DNA of 64,000 bases from assembly GCA_047635055.1 (NCBI GenBank), contig JBLIIJ010000008.1, forward strand, positions 1,540 through 65,539, read 5' to 3'. This DNA comes from Cyclobacteriaceae bacterium. GTDB lineage: Bacteria; Bacteroidota; Bacteroidia; Cytophagales; Cyclobacteriaceae. The notes beneath the pieces were generated by a model. That model worked only from the letters and a program-made list of their open reading frames with translations, was not told the DNA's origin and did not search any database. A program made the translations under genes and the position numbers. Numbering within the stretch: position 1 is the first letter of the stretch; each line of letters begins with the position of its first letter. Positions 38,043-48,523 of the stretch are shown piece by piece.

Positions 38043-38999
38043 CTATGATACTGAGGCTCTTTTCAATCTGTCATTTATTGCAAGCCCAAGTCCTTCTTCT
38101 GGAACTAATTCCGTCAGAATTAGATCGATATCTAAATCATCCATTTTGCGTAAGGCACTGAATAAATTTGATGCTGCTTCATTTAGATTACCCGTTTTTG
38201 ATAGAATAATATTTTTATTCATATCCTCCATTTCGTACGCTTTCATGAAGCTAATAATGCCAAATTTATGTCCTTTATTTAAGGCTATCATTTCTGGTAT
38301 TTTACCAATTTTCAGTCTTTTTGCGGGAGCATAATGTGATTTAAGCATCCCAGGGGCTTTTGGATTAGAACTCTGATTGATATCCAGTTTTACAGTTCCA
38401 ACAATATCCTGAATATTTTCTAAACTCATTCCTCCAAGTCTATGTACATGCACCTCCTCATTTTCATAGCCTATTATTGTCGATTCCAATCCGATGTTAC
38501 AATTTCCTCCATCGAGGATATAATTAATTTTTTCACCTAATTGATTATCCACATGTTTTGCTGTGGTAGGAGAGACGTATCCAAATGGGTTAGCACTGGG
38601 CGCAGCTAATGGAAATGTTAATTTGCTTAACAGCGCCAATGTCAATGGATGATCGGGAATTCGAACAGCCACTCGGTCTAAACCAGAGGTCAATAAAAAT
38701 GGAACATGTTCTTTTTTTGGCAAGAGTAAGGTCAAGGGGCCAGGCCATATTAGCTCAGCGAGTCTTCTTAATGGAGTTGGGAAATTCTTCACTATGGTGT
38801 CCAGCTTATCAAAGCTGTCAACATGTGCAATTAATGGATCGAATGTCGGTCGCTTTTTAACACGGAATATTTTTGAGATAGCCGCTTCGCTTAATGCATT
38901 GCCGGCTAAACCATAGACGGTTTCTGTCGGTAAACCAATCACTTCATCTTCCAATATTAGTTGCCTAGCGAATTCAATATCAGTTCCGATTTTTGCCAT
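38043..38999 (-). CDS. tsaC: L-threonylcarbamoyladenylate synthase, long Sua5/YwlC type (YrdC domain plus Sua5 C-terminal domain)
   Basis: IGLPTETVYGLAGNA, FRVKKRPTFDPLI, RIPDHP, APSANPFG, and a C-terminal extension of about 110 aa. Confidence 0.8.
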   Translation of the reverse strand: MAKIGTDIEFARQLILEDEVIGLPTETVYGLAGNALSEAAISKIFRVKKRPTFDPLIAHVDSFDKLDTIVKNFPTPLRRLAELIWPGPLTLLLPKKEHVPFLLTSGLDRVAVRIPDHPLTLALLSKLTFPLAAPSANPFGYVSPTTAKHVDNQLGEKINYILDGGNCNIGLESTIIGYENEEVHVHRLGGMSLENIQDIVGTVKLDINQSSNPKAPGMLKSHYAPAKRLKIGKIPEMIALNKGHKFGIISFMKAYEMEDMNKNIILSKTGNLNEAASNLFSALRKMDDLDIDLILTELVPEEGLGLAINDRLKRASVS

Positions 39000-39074
39000 T
39001 AATTTTTTTTGTAAAATTCTTAAAAATTATTCACAACTTGTACGCCGTATCAACTTTACGCAAAAGCTCATTTG

Positions 39075-39233
39075 ATGAAAAATAGTACTAAAAGTGTTTT
39101 GAGAGTAATTTCCGTTTTATTGGCCTTAGCCTTAGTCCTTATGGAGCTTGGAATTATTCCAAATTTAATAAACTACAAATTTTGGTTTTTGGTTATGGCT
39201 TATGCTTTGGCTTTAATCACATTTAAAGCTTAG
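39075..39233 (+). CDS. Possible 52-aa two-helix membrane peptide (below the ORF-track cut-off)
   Basis: ATG 39075 to TAG 39231-39233: MKNSTKSVLRVISVLLALALVLMELGIIPNLINYKFWFLVMAYALALITFKA, two hydrophobic helices. Confidence 0.3.
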   Translation: MKNSTKSVLRVISVLLALALVLMELGIIPNLINYKFWFLVMAYALALITFKA

Positions 39234-39236
39234 ACG

Positions 39237-42041
39237 CTAGGGAAGAAAAAGTATTCTTTGGGTTTCTTCTGCGTTTGAGGTGATTATTTTACAAAAATAT
39301 AAACCATGATCTACCGCTAAGCCTGCAGCATTCGTTCCATCCCAGAAGGCGACATTTGTTCCAGAAAATTGATATCCCCAAAGTAAATCGCGAATGAACT
39401 TTCCAGAGCGATCATAAATTTCAATTTTTACAAAATCATCCTCTGTCAGTGTAAACTCAATGTTTGTTTTCTCACTGAAAGGATTTGGGAAGGCTTTTGC
39501 TTCGACTTTCAAGGCAATTTCACTCGTGATTTGCTTGAAATCCTCTAGGTATGTAGCAAAAGTGCCATTGCCGTGCGTTGCTACCAATAATCGACCATCC
39601 ATAGGTCTATAATTCAGCATCGTCACGACAGAGCTGCCAATTAAATCCTCAGACTCTTTTGTCCAGATACTTTCTTGAGTTAGCGGGGATGTTGCGGAAT
39701 ACAGCCCGGTGCTTGTTCCTACGAAATACTTGGTATTCATACCATTGGTTCCAGAAACGGGAATTATTTCAAGCCATCGAACACTAGGTCCGCTACCGCT
39801 ACCATCTTCATACTGTTCTAGGTTATTGCTGATATCCAAGAAGGATTCCCCACCATCGGTACTATAGAAAATGGATGGGATTTCGTAATTCGAAAATATA
39901 ACGGTGATTTCTTCTGCATTTATAGGGTTCACCGCAATGCAAGAAATGTGACCGCCCTCAGGGAAGCCCTCAGATTGTAGTACTTCTGTAGAATAGGATG
40001 CTGGACTAGAAGGGTTTTTAACCTTAACAATTCCAGGAAGTGGGGCGGAAAATCCAGCATAAAGAATATCAGCGTCAATAGGCTTACTAATTGCCGTGTA
40101 GATTCCTTGAGAGATACGGGTATTGTCTATTATTTCCCAGTTGATGGGGGTTTTGTTTTGGGAACCCCATGGAATTTGCATTAGGTTTAAATTACGCCAG
40201 ATTTCGTTTCCCCCCAGTAAATACATTTTATTTTGATTGTTAGGATCTAGTGTCCATGGGTTTATAAACAAGTAGCCTTGGCCTTCATCTTCACCACCCC
40301 CAACTGGATCTACTCTCGTAAATGTGCGTAGACTTGAGCCTTCAGTGAGGTTAAACCGATAAACTTGACCTTCTTGAAAAGAACCATAAACTAAATCGTC
40401 AAAATCAGTTAATGCGCCATAACCTCCGTCTCCACCAACGACTCTGTTCCATGATGGATCTTGACTTGAAGATGTACGAAGGTAAGTGCCATTGTCTTGC
40501 AGGCCACCTATTGAGTTACTAGATGTTGAGTTCTGCTTTTGGTGAATGCTGTAAAATTGGGAGGTCAAATACCCATTATTTAGATTACCCCACCTAACAC
40601 TGTCTTGAAGATTATTTGTTGTCTTAAATATACCGCCATCGTTTCCCGTGAGCATCTTTTGTGGGTTGGAAGGGTAAAATAGGACTTTGTGTTGATCAGG
40701 ATGATGCCCCGGATAACGCGCACTAGTAGATTGATATCCTCCGATCCAATCATAATTATTGGGTGATGAAAACCCATTGTTGGATCGATAGAGATTGGTC
40801 GCTCCCAAGAAAATCGTCATTGGATCATCCGGATGAACTTCAATTAACATGTTGTAACCAGATTGGGTGTCTAAACCTTCGATGGAAGAGGTTAATGGTG
40901 GGAGATTGGGGGAAAGGTTTGTCCATGTTCCTGACGGCACACCGTCTTCAATGGAAGCTAAGCTATACCTGAACAATGTGTTTTGCTCATCTCCTTCTGT
41001 GAAGAAATATAAAATATCATTGGTTTCATCTAATCCTATGACTGTTCTTTCGTGATAAGTAGGGAAGTTTCTGTTTTGTATAGCAAACCATTTTTCTCCA
41101 TTTTCCGAGAAATAGATACCAGCTTGAGGGTATAATTCGCCAGTAGAAGTAGCACTGGATAGTGTTGCGATGAGATATCCTTTTTCAGTTTGTCTGATAT
41201 TTGTGTAAAAAGGTGCGATTGAACCATTGAGGTTTGTTGTATCAGGAAGGTCAAATAATTTTTCACCCAGTGCAACGTCCCAATTTTCGCCTCCGTCATC
41301 AGATTTTAAAATAGCTCCATACGCCGCGAGATATACTTGATCGACATCAATATTTGACTTATAGACAAGTATCTCCCATGAATATTGAAATTGATTATTG
41401 AATCGGTCAGGCGTTGAGCTATTGGTGTTTCCCAAAGGAAACCACGTATCTCCATTATCTACAGACTTATAAAGCCCATCTCCTCTGAATGGAGCGCCTA
41501 GTGATCTAGCTGAATTACCCAATAACTCCCCTGTGCCGAAGTACCAGGTATTTTCTTTTCCTAACCTAGTGTCTTGAGTCAGGCAGCTGATACTATTTCT
41601 AAGAGAAGGTGATGACATTCTCTGCCATGATCTCCCCTCATTATTAGATTTCCATATCCCTCCGGAAACACCCCCCGCAATAATTGTGTTTTCGTTTGTA
41701 ATGTCAAGTGCGAGTCCCCTTGTTCTACCGCCAACATTGAATGGGCCTGTGGAAACCCATTTTTGTTGTGCTAATCGCAGACCATGAGCTTTATTAAAAG
41801 CTGCGACCGTGGGGATTTTCTTAGAAAACTGTAATTCTTTAAATGAAATATTCTTTGGTATCTCCTTAGTCTGAGGATTGACAAGCTGTTGATGCCAATA
41901 CGAAAATCGGCGATCAATTTTTTCTTGGATAGGAAGGCCTGAGCCTGGTTGATTAAATTTGACATTGAAGTCAATTTCTTGTTTGGGATTGATAGTTATC
42001 AAAACCAGTAAGGCCAACGGCCATATTTGCCTTCCTTTCAA
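39237..42041 (-). CDS. Sortilin/VPS10-like BNR (Asp-box) repeat beta-propeller protein with a T9SS type A C-terminal domain
   Basis: Asp-boxes WKSNNEGRSW, YKSVDNGDTW, LKSDDGGENW, YSTDGGESF. C-terminus AFPNPFSEKTNIEFTL...GLYFCKIIT. Confidence 0.75.
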   Translation of the reverse strand: MKGRQIWPLALLVLITINPKQEIDFNVKFNQPGSGLPIQEKIDRRFSYWHQQLVNPQTKEIPKNISFKELQFSKKIPTVAAFNKAHGLRLAQQKWVSTGPFNVGGRTRGLALDITNENTIIAGGVSGGIWKSNNEGRSWQRMSSPSLRNSISCLTQDTRLGKENTWYFGTGELLGNSARSLGAPFRGDGLYKSVDNGDTWFPLGNTNSSTPDRFNNQFQYSWEILVYKSNIDVDQVYLAAYGAILKSDDGGENWDVALGEKLFDLPDTTNLNGSIAPFYTNIRQTEKGYLIATLSSATSTGELYPQAGIYFSENGEKWFAIQNRNFPTYHERTVIGLDETNDILYFFTEGDEQNTLFRYSLASIEDGVPSGTWTNLSPNLPPLTSSIEGLDTQSGYNMLIEVHPDDPMTIFLGATNLYRSNNGFSSPNNYDWIGGYQSTSARYPGHHPDQHKVLFYPSNPQKMLTGNDGGIFKTTNNLQDSVRWGNLNNGYLTSQFYSIHQKQNSTSSNSIGGLQDNGTYLRTSSSQDPSWNRVVGGDGGYGALTDFDDLVYGSFQEGQVYRFNLTEGSSLRTFTRVDPVGGGEDEGQGYLFINPWTLDPNNQNKMYLLGGNEIWRNLNLMQIPWGSQNKTPINWEIIDNTRISQGIYTAISKPIDADILYAGFSAPLPGIVKVKNPSSPASYSTEVLQSEGFPEGGHISCIAVNPINAEEITVIFSNYEIPSIFYSTDGGESFLDISNNLEQYEDGSGSGPSVRWLEIIPVSGTNGMNTKYFVGTSTGLYSATSPLTQESIWTKESEDLIGSSVVTMLNYRPMDGRLLVATHGNGTFATYLEDFKQITSEIALKVEAKAFPNPFSEKTNIEFTLTEDDFVKIEIYDRSGKFIRDLLWGYQFSGTNVAFWDGTNAAGLAVDHGLYFCKIITSNAEETQRILFLP

Positions 42042-42050
42042 TTTGTTTAG

Positions 42051-42425
42051 CTATTCTATGATTGTATTGACCTTATTTACTCTGCCTTCAAGTAGAGGGA
42101 CTGTTTTTACACCTTCACCATTATTATTCATGTCTCCATTTCTAGCATCTATGAAATAAGAAATAGGTTTGAGGTCTTCAAATTTTATTCTCCCTTTACT
42201 ATCGGTGATGCCTTTTTTTACTGCATTTTCGGATGATCTATAATCGTCCTCGTTTTTAAACAAGCTAACAGTAGCGCCTTCGTTGGCATTACCCAAGCCA
42301 TCTAAAACAGTGATTTTCAGTTTGGTCGGAATGAATTTTTGTAAAGGACTTACTTCCTTAAAAGATAAAGTACTGACTGTCATTATTATAGCCGTAATTA
42401 ATAATAGGGTATTAGTTTTTTTCAT
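42051..42425 (-). CDS. Small secreted carboxypeptidase-regulatory-like beta-sandwich protein
   Basis: Signal peptide MKKTNTLLLITAIIMTVSTLS. TVLDGLGNANEGATVSLFKNEDD...GITDSKGRIKFEDLKPISYFIDA. Confidence 0.55.
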   Translation of the reverse strand: MKKTNTLLLITAIIMTVSTLSFKEVSPLQKFIPTKLKITVLDGLGNANEGATVSLFKNEDDYRSSENAVKKGITDSKGRIKFEDLKPISYFIDARNGDMNNNGEGVKTVPLLEGRVNKVNTIIE

Positions 42426-42427
42426 CT

Positions 42428-43012
42428 TTATGTTTTTTTGGATTCAAGCAAATATTCAGCCAATTTATTAAACGAAAATGCTTTTTGATAACTTCTGTCA
42501 ATGTAGTTATTTGCTAATACTTTTAGGTAGCTAGGGGAGTCGTTGATATAGGTTAATTCCAATAAGACATTTCCATATTGTTGATTGTATGGGGCGTCAC
42601 CTAATATTATCGGCTTCAAATAATATTTCTCTATCAGTTCTACATACTCCTCTCGTTCGATCATTGACTTATCTGCGTTGGCCTTCTTATATTGAAGTCC
42701 TAGCATTTGGTCTTTAAACCATTCTAATAAAAACTGCGCCTCGGAAGATTCGATTTGGTCTTTGCATGAAATAGCAAAGCCTGAGGAAGTTGGTGTACTT
42801 AAAATATGAACATCAGGCTCACCAATAATTTTGCGCAGTTTTAGTTCTCTGGAATCTCGTATTTCCTGTACTAGATCTATGCGTTGGAAAGATTTTTTCC
42901 AATGGCTGTAATCGTTAGAGAATTGTTCCGATCGAATAAGTACTTCTTGGTGATTAAAGTTACCAGTCTTATTGCCAAATATTTTGTCGTAGATTTCTTT
43001 AAATGCGCTCAT
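42428..43012 (-). CDS. Hypothetical protein with no signal peptide and no recognised family
   Basis: 194-aa ORF. Its ATG (43012-43010) directly abuts the TAA (43015-43013) of the upstream type B cargo gene. Confidence 0.6.
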   Translation of the reverse strand: MSAFKEIYDKIFGNKTGNFNHQEVLIRSEQFSNDYSHWKKSFQRIDLVQEIRDSRELKLRKIIGEPDVHILSTPTSSGFAISCKDQIESSEAQFLLEWFKDQMLGLQYKKANADKSMIEREEYVELIEKYYLKPIILGDAPYNQQYGNVLLELTYINDSPSYLKVLANNYIDRSYQKAFSFNKLAEYLLESKKT

Positions 43013-46000
43013 TTATCTAATAACAGTTACTGAGCCGTACTGTTCGATCAAACCCAATTCTGGTTCTAATTCACTTGAAAAAATTATTTTGTAGGCAAAT
43101 ACTCCAGGTCCAATAGGCTTGTTTTCTACATTTCCATCCCATTCGAAGTTAGGATCTTGTGAATAATAAATAACCCTACCCCAACGATTGTATATAAATA
43201 TTTCAAATCGATCGATGAAGTCATTGGCTATGATTGACCAATTATCATTAAGACCATTTTGATCACCTGGCGAGAACGCATTTGGCGCTTGAATCCTTCT
43301 AAAACATTGATCTGAAAGCGTTAATTGAACGGTATCAGTCTGAACGCAATTAGGTAAGTTTACTTCAGTGATCTGTACATAATATAGCCCTGTATCCAGA
43401 TCATTGACGACTAAGCCTCTTGAAACAGATTCCGAAAGGCTACTGTATACCCTTTCTCCGTCTCTGTTGAAGACTTCAAGGTCGACAAGAGATCCTACAA
43501 GATTTTGAATATTTATCGAGATATCTCCCGTATAAAAACAGTCGTCTTGGGCAGTTGCATCCATTGAATAGGCCGCTTCGTTTTCAAGTTGAAAAATTTC
43601 TGTATTTACACAGCCGGTGTTATTATTTGTGACTGTCGTAATGTAGCTCCCAGCTTCAAGACCGGTGAATGGATTAGGAGCACCAGGCCCGTCAAAATTG
43701 AATGGCCCAAGTGAGACAGGCCCATCAAGTTGATAGGTGAAATTTCCTTGTGATTCAATGGAAACCTCAAACTCACCATTAGCCAATCCACAATCTGGTT
43801 GGATTATATTGTTCTGTTCTAAAGTAGGCGAGGGCTGTATCAAAACTTCTACACTATCACTTTCTAAGCACCCAGTAACAGCATTTAAAACTTCTACTTT
43901 ATACATGAAGGTTCCAGATGATCTGGTGTCGACCACTTGAGACTGTGCTGTACCCACTTTTACATCGTCCAAAAACCAAGTGTAATTGGGCCCTGGCACT
44001 TGAGCCGTCAATGTTGGTCCAGCGCCTCGTTGGCAAGCTATTTGATCTTCCCCAAGGTCTATAATCCCAAATCCGTCTCCAACGACGAAGGATAACGTGT
44101 CTGAACTACAGCCATCGGAATTTATGATTGCTACAGCTAACGGCAATACAGTAATGTCCTCGAAGAGATCTGCCGTCAAGGTTATCGTTCGTGTCGTGTC
44201 GCCTGTGGACCAATAATAACGGAAGTTATCTCTGTCAACATCCCATGCAGACAAAGTGACTTGTCCTTCACAAATCGAAGTGTCACCAACCATTGGCGCT
44301 TCTGGAATGTTAAAAACGGATACTGTATCTCTGAGGATCATGGCGGTATCACATCTATTTGTGAGCGTTAGCGTGACGAAGTATTCACCGGGAGCATCGT
44401 AAGTGTGATCTACGTTTTGCTCAGTGGAGCCAAGGCCGTCACCAAACTCCCAGGTATATTCTTCTATACTCGTGTCTCTTCCTTGGCCAGTGAAGGTAGT
44501 TGGTAATCCAACACAACCTACTGTAGTAGCAATAGAAGGCGTAAGGCCTTGATTGGCTGATTGTAGTGAAAAGTTTGGTAAACCAAGCCGTGATAACCTT
44601 CCGTCTCCTTCAGGATCGATATCAATGGATGCTTCATTGAAGCCAGCCTGTGCATCATCACCAGCCGGAGATGCTATTTCCCCGATAGTTGTGGCATTGT
44701 CTACTGCCAAGTAGATTAATCCGTCAGAGCCTCTTTGCAATGCGCCATAATTCCCAATGTTTACAGGATATCCAGCATATTTAGTTGCTGATATATCTGT
44801 GACTGGATCCTCTGAAAAAAGACTATCAAGATCGTATTGGATCAATTTCGAAAAAGCCCCAGATGTTGTAATATATAATTTTAAACCATCGCCAGAATAT
44901 TCTAAACCATAGGCTCTAGCTCCCCCGTATTCTTCAATATCAATAAGCCTCGGATTACTGACCGCACCCGAAGCAAAATTGTAATCAAAAATTTCAACGT
45001 AGTTGGTATCTCCAGGAATGAGCATAGCTAATGACTGTCCACCAGGACTGAATTTAGTATATCCTGAAGCAGCAGATTCATTTTGAAAGCTATGCGACTC
45101 ACCTATTCCGGAATGTTGCGCTGGGCCAATACCATTTCTGCTGAGGAAATAGCTCCTAAAGTGTGGATTACCATATTCATGGGTTAATAGGTATGGATTG
45201 CCAGTAAAACCTGTTGAAGTAACCCTTTCAGTACTTTGATTTACAAGAGAGAAGTTTTTCAATGTTACTTTGCCATAAGCGGAATCAAATTTCATATCCA
45301 CAATGGCATATTTTAATCGAAATTCGAAATCTCCGTAAACTTGTTCTGTTATAAATACATAAAACATCGTGTTGTCGTCTTGAAACGGGAGGATTAATGC
45401 AGCTTGGGTTGACGAACTATCGCCTCCAATATTGGTTCCGTTGATCATGATTTCATGCTTACGGTTCCATATGGTAGCGCCATTTGTATAGAACACTAAC
45501 TGCCCATTTATATCTGAAACGGAGGCACATCCCTCAGGTGAAGACATAAGATTATCATCTACAATTACTTGGGGAGTTCCATTTATAAAATCCAAACCAG
45601 CATTTTCGCCAAAATACCATTTTGCCCCGAATTGTCTCGATGCACCATATTCGGTCACTATTATTTCGTCATAGGAGGTACACCCTGCTGTTCCCGCAAC
45701 TTCTACCCAGTAAGTGCCTGCTGTGTCTACCTCTATTGTTGCAGTACTGGCACCTGTATTCCATAAATATTGTGTTCCGTCACCAGCATCAAGGGTCAAG
45801 ATTTCATCAACGCAGATGGTGGTATCGTTACCCAAATTAAGCGTTGTGTCAGCGACAAATATTTCAACAGGGTTGTTCCTAATGCCTATTCGACCGTTTA
45901 ATTCAGTAATGAGGGTTACAAAGTACGGGCCTTCATTCTCATAGGTGTGAATTGGAGCTACTGCACTAGAGATGTTACCATCGCCAAAATCCCATAAGTA

Positions 46001-47281
46001 GTTGTTTGGCTCTGGCGAAACATTGGCAAAAAATTTTGTTGCTTGCGCCTGGCAGCTATCTCGATAGGTGAATTCTACTGTGGAGAAGTTGTTGAAGTTT
46101 GGGGAAGCAAATTGAGGAAACTGTTTTGCTTTAAAATCTCCTTCGAAGGCTATGCTGTCATAAAAAGTTCTAAGCCCGACACTGTCCGGGTCTAATATTC
46201 GACCAATAGAATATTCACCTCCGTCTGCTAATTGATATAAATGATAGATCCGATCATCAATTCCTCTTTCAAGGCCATAACTTCTGGCCACATTAAAGTT
46301 CATTATTGGGATAACGGGGCTGGGTACGTTGACTGTGTCAGAAAAGTCAACTTGATATACTCCAGCTTCCAAATCCGTATTTGTCGATTTAGAGAAGAAA
46401 AGTTTTTGACCATCGGGCGACCATTCTACATCGTGAATTGCTGTGCCTGTTCCATTAATAACAGCCGTATTTAGTACCTGTCTGTTAAAACTGAGCAACT
46501 GAGCCGTGTCAAGACTGATACCTAGGTTGACATCAAAAATCAGAATATTTCGATTGTTTTCTTTTGGTGCCAAAGCGAGTTGCGAAGAATCGGCGTTAAA
46601 AGCCATTTGAACCACCTCAAAATCAGGTAATGCACTTGGAATGACATCTTCGTTATGATTAGTCAACCCGCTTGATGATACCACAATGATATTAAAACTG
46701 TAATCGTTAGGGTCTTGAGTGATGACGAAGAATCTATTTCCATCAGCCGCGGGCAGTACTTTCATCCCTTCGGATTGTCCGGGAAGCCCAGTGGCTAAAT
46801 TGTAGGAGGAAACTTCTCCCAGCGGGAATTCTGGAATTGCCGAATTCCCAGCTATAGATGCGTCTATGAGTGAGTACTGTAATTCATTCTGACTATTGGT
46901 AAAAAGATAGTATTGGTTGTTGTTATTCGGATTAGGGGAGACTACCACAGGTTGATTATAACTTGTGTCTCCAGACAGTATACTTCCTGAAATGATACTG
47001 GGTAATAATTTTTGACTCGCATCATAAATTACTTGTCCATCTGTATAGAACAATAAGTTTCCAGTAAATTGATCATTGATCACTACGGAACCATTTTTGG
47101 AAAAACGAACATTTTGTTTTGTTTCCAAAACAGCTTGTCTTCCATTCTTATCAAAAAGCAAATTCAAATCTGAATTCCCAAAATACCAGTTGGTTCTGGT
47201 TATATCTTGCGCCTTCGATGAATGCAACCCGAAAAGGAGTACAACTCCTAAATAAATAAATAACTTGTTCAAATCTGACAT
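43013..47281 (-). CDS. Large T9SS type B cargo: PKD-domain protein with a gliding-motility-associated C-terminal domain (CHU_C/TIGR04131 type)
   Basis: Signal peptide. PKD motifs (YLWDFGDGNISSAVAPIHTYENEGPYFVTL; YTWEFGDGLGSTEQNVDHTYDAPGEYFVTLT). C-terminus APNAFSPGDQNGLNDNWSI...FEIFIYNRWGRVIYYS...FEWDG...GVFAYKIIF. Confidence 0.85.
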   Translation of the reverse strand: MSDLNKLFIYLGVVLLFGLHSSKAQDITRTNWYFGNSDLNLLFDKNGRQAVLETKQNVRFSKNGSVVINDQFTGNLLFYTDGQVIYDASQKLLPSIISGSILSGDTSYNQPVVVSPNPNNNNQYYLFTNSQNELQYSLIDASIAGNSAIPEFPLGEVSSYNLATGLPGQSEGMKVLPAADGNRFFVITQDPNDYSFNIIVVSSSGLTNHNEDVIPSALPDFEVVQMAFNADSSQLALAPKENNRNILIFDVNLGISLDTAQLLSFNRQVLNTAVINGTGTAIHDVEWSPDGQKLFFSKSTNTDLEAGVYQVDFSDTVNVPSPVIPIMNFNVARSYGLERGIDDRIYHLYQLADGGEYSIGRILDPDSVGLRTFYDSIAFEGDFKAKQFPQFASPNFNNFSTVEFTYRDSCQAQATKFFANVSPEPNNYLWDFGDGNISSAVAPIHTYENEGPYFVTLITELNGRIGIRNNPVEIFVADTTLNLGNDTTICVDEILTLDAGDGTQYLWNTGASTATIEVDTAGTYWVEVAGTAGCTSYDEIIVTEYGASRQFGAKWYFGENAGLDFINGTPQVIVDDNLMSSPEGCASVSDINGQLVFYTNGATIWNRKHEIMINGTNIGGDSSSTQAALILPFQDDNTMFYVFITEQVYGDFEFRLKYAIVDMKFDSAYGKVTLKNFSLVNQSTERVTSTGFTGNPYLLTHEYGNPHFRSYFLSRNGIGPAQHSGIGESHSFQNESAASGYTKFSPGGQSLAMLIPGDTNYVEIFDYNFASGAVSNPRLIDIEEYGGARAYGLEYSGDGLKLYITTSGAFSKLIQYDLDSLFSEDPVTDISATKYAGYPVNIGNYGALQRGSDGLIYLAVDNATTIGEIASPAGDDAQAGFNEASIDIDPEGDGRLSRLGLPNFSLQSANQGLTPSIATTVGCVGLPTTFTGQGRDTSIEEYTWEFGDGLGSTEQNVDHTYDAPGEYFVTLTLTNRCDTAMILRDTVSVFNIPEAPMVGDTSICEGQVTLSAWDVDRDNFRYYWSTGDTTRTITLTADLFEDITVLPLAVAIINSDGCSSDTLSFVVGDGFGIIDLGEDQIACQRGAGPTLTAQVPGPNYTWFLDDVKVGTAQSQVVDTRSSGTFMYKVEVLNAVTGCLESDSVEVLIQPSPTLEQNNIIQPDCGLANGEFEVSIESQGNFTYQLDGPVSLGPFNFDGPGAPNPFTGLEAGSYITTVTNNNTGCVNTEIFQLENEAAYSMDATAQDDCFYTGDISINIQNLVGSLVDLEVFNRDGERVYSSLSESVSRGLVVNDLDTGLYYVQITEVNLPNCVQTDTVQLTLSDQCFRRIQAPNAFSPGDQNGLNDNWSIIANDFIDRFEIFIYNRWGRVIYYSQDPNFEWDGNVENKPIGPGVFAYKIIFSSELEPELGLIEQYGSVTVIR

Positions 47282-47394
47282 ATAATAAGGGTGTCCTAGC
47301 TAGGAAATGTCCTTAGTTTCATAACACTAGCAAATTAACATAAAATATCAACGCAAGACTTACCGTTACATTACGTAGTTTAGCAACTTTGACA

Positions 47395-48489
47395 ATGAAT
47401 TTTCGATTTGATCATTTGAATTTAGCATTAACATATAAAACGCGTGTAAAACTGTTGGTGATTTTCCAATTTGTGACAGCTATTAGTTTGTCTTCGATTT
47501 GGAACACGGCTAATGCCCAAGACCCTCAGTTTTCTCAGTATTATGCCGCGCCTATGTTCCTCAATCCAGGATTGGTAGGTTTAAACCAGAGAGGGCAAGT
47601 CGGTATAAATTATAGAAATCAATGGCCAAGCATTGATGCAAGTTTTGAAACGTATTCCTTTTACGCGAGTTATAACTGGGAGGATGTGTATAGTTCCGCA
47701 GGAATTATTGTTAATACGGACCGAGAAGGTCTAGCTGGCCTCCAGTCGACGAATGTTGGATTACAGTATGCTTATCAAGTGGGGCTGAATTACAATTGGA
47801 CATTTAGGCCGGGTGTTGAAGTTTCTTATTATTTCCGTGATATTAATTTTGATCAGCTCACTTTCGGTGATCAATTTGATCAAAATGGCTTGGTTCGGTC
47901 AACTTCTGCTGAAAGTTTTAATACTGGATTAAACGCTCGATTCCTTGATTTGTCTTTCGGAGGCATATTATTTTCTAAAAATGTGTGGTTGGGTTCGGCA
48001 CTACATCATGTAACAGAACCAAATCAATCAATAGCCGGAGGCAATGCTCCATTGCCGAAAAAATTCTCGATACATGGTGGATATAAAATTCTTTTTTCTG
48101 ACATAAGCCCAAGAGCATCTACACCTTCGAAAGGGAGGGAAAGAAGCTTAACCCCATCTTTCAATTACAAACAGCAAGGGGATTATAGACAGCTAGATTT
48201 AGGTCTTTATTTTACATTAGAGCCTATTTTGATTGGAACGTGGTATAGAGGTTTACCAATTGGAGGACTCGAAAATACAAAAAATGCTGAATCTGTGATT
48301 TTCATGGTTGGCATGAACAAAAATGACGTGACTATAGGATATAGTTTTGATTATACGATATCCGACTTAGGCATTGCGAGCGGAGGGGCTCATGAAATTT
48401 CTATTTCCTATTCTTTCAGCCTTGCAGATCCACGCAAGCCACCACGTGAAGTGCGCGAACTAAGATGTCCTGTGCCATTTATTTTCTAG
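47395..48489 (+). CDS. PorP/SprF family T9SS outer-membrane beta-barrel protein
   Basis: Hallmark N-terminus AQDPQFSQYYAAPMFLNPGLVG, ...NYRNQWP..., and C-terminal HEISISY. ATG 47395 preferred over TTG 47389. Divergent from the type B cargo gene. Confidence 0.85.
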   Translation: MNFRFDHLNLALTYKTRVKLLVIFQFVTAISLSSIWNTANAQDPQFSQYYAAPMFLNPGLVGLNQRGQVGINYRNQWPSIDASFETYSFYASYNWEDVYSSAGIIVNTDREGLAGLQSTNVGLQYAYQVGLNYNWTFRPGVEVSYYFRDINFDQLTFGDQFDQNGLVRSTSAESFNTGLNARFLDLSFGGILFSKNVWLGSALHHVTEPNQSIAGGNAPLPKKFSIHGGYKILFSDISPRASTPSKGRERSLTPSFNYKQQGDYRQLDLGLYFTLEPILIGTWYRGLPIGGLENTKNAESVIFMVGMNKNDVTIGYSFDYTISDLGIASGGAHEISISYSFSLADPRKPPREVRELRCPVPFIF

Positions 48490-48523
48490 ACCGATCCAAG
48501 TGAAGAAATATTACCTTCGTTAA

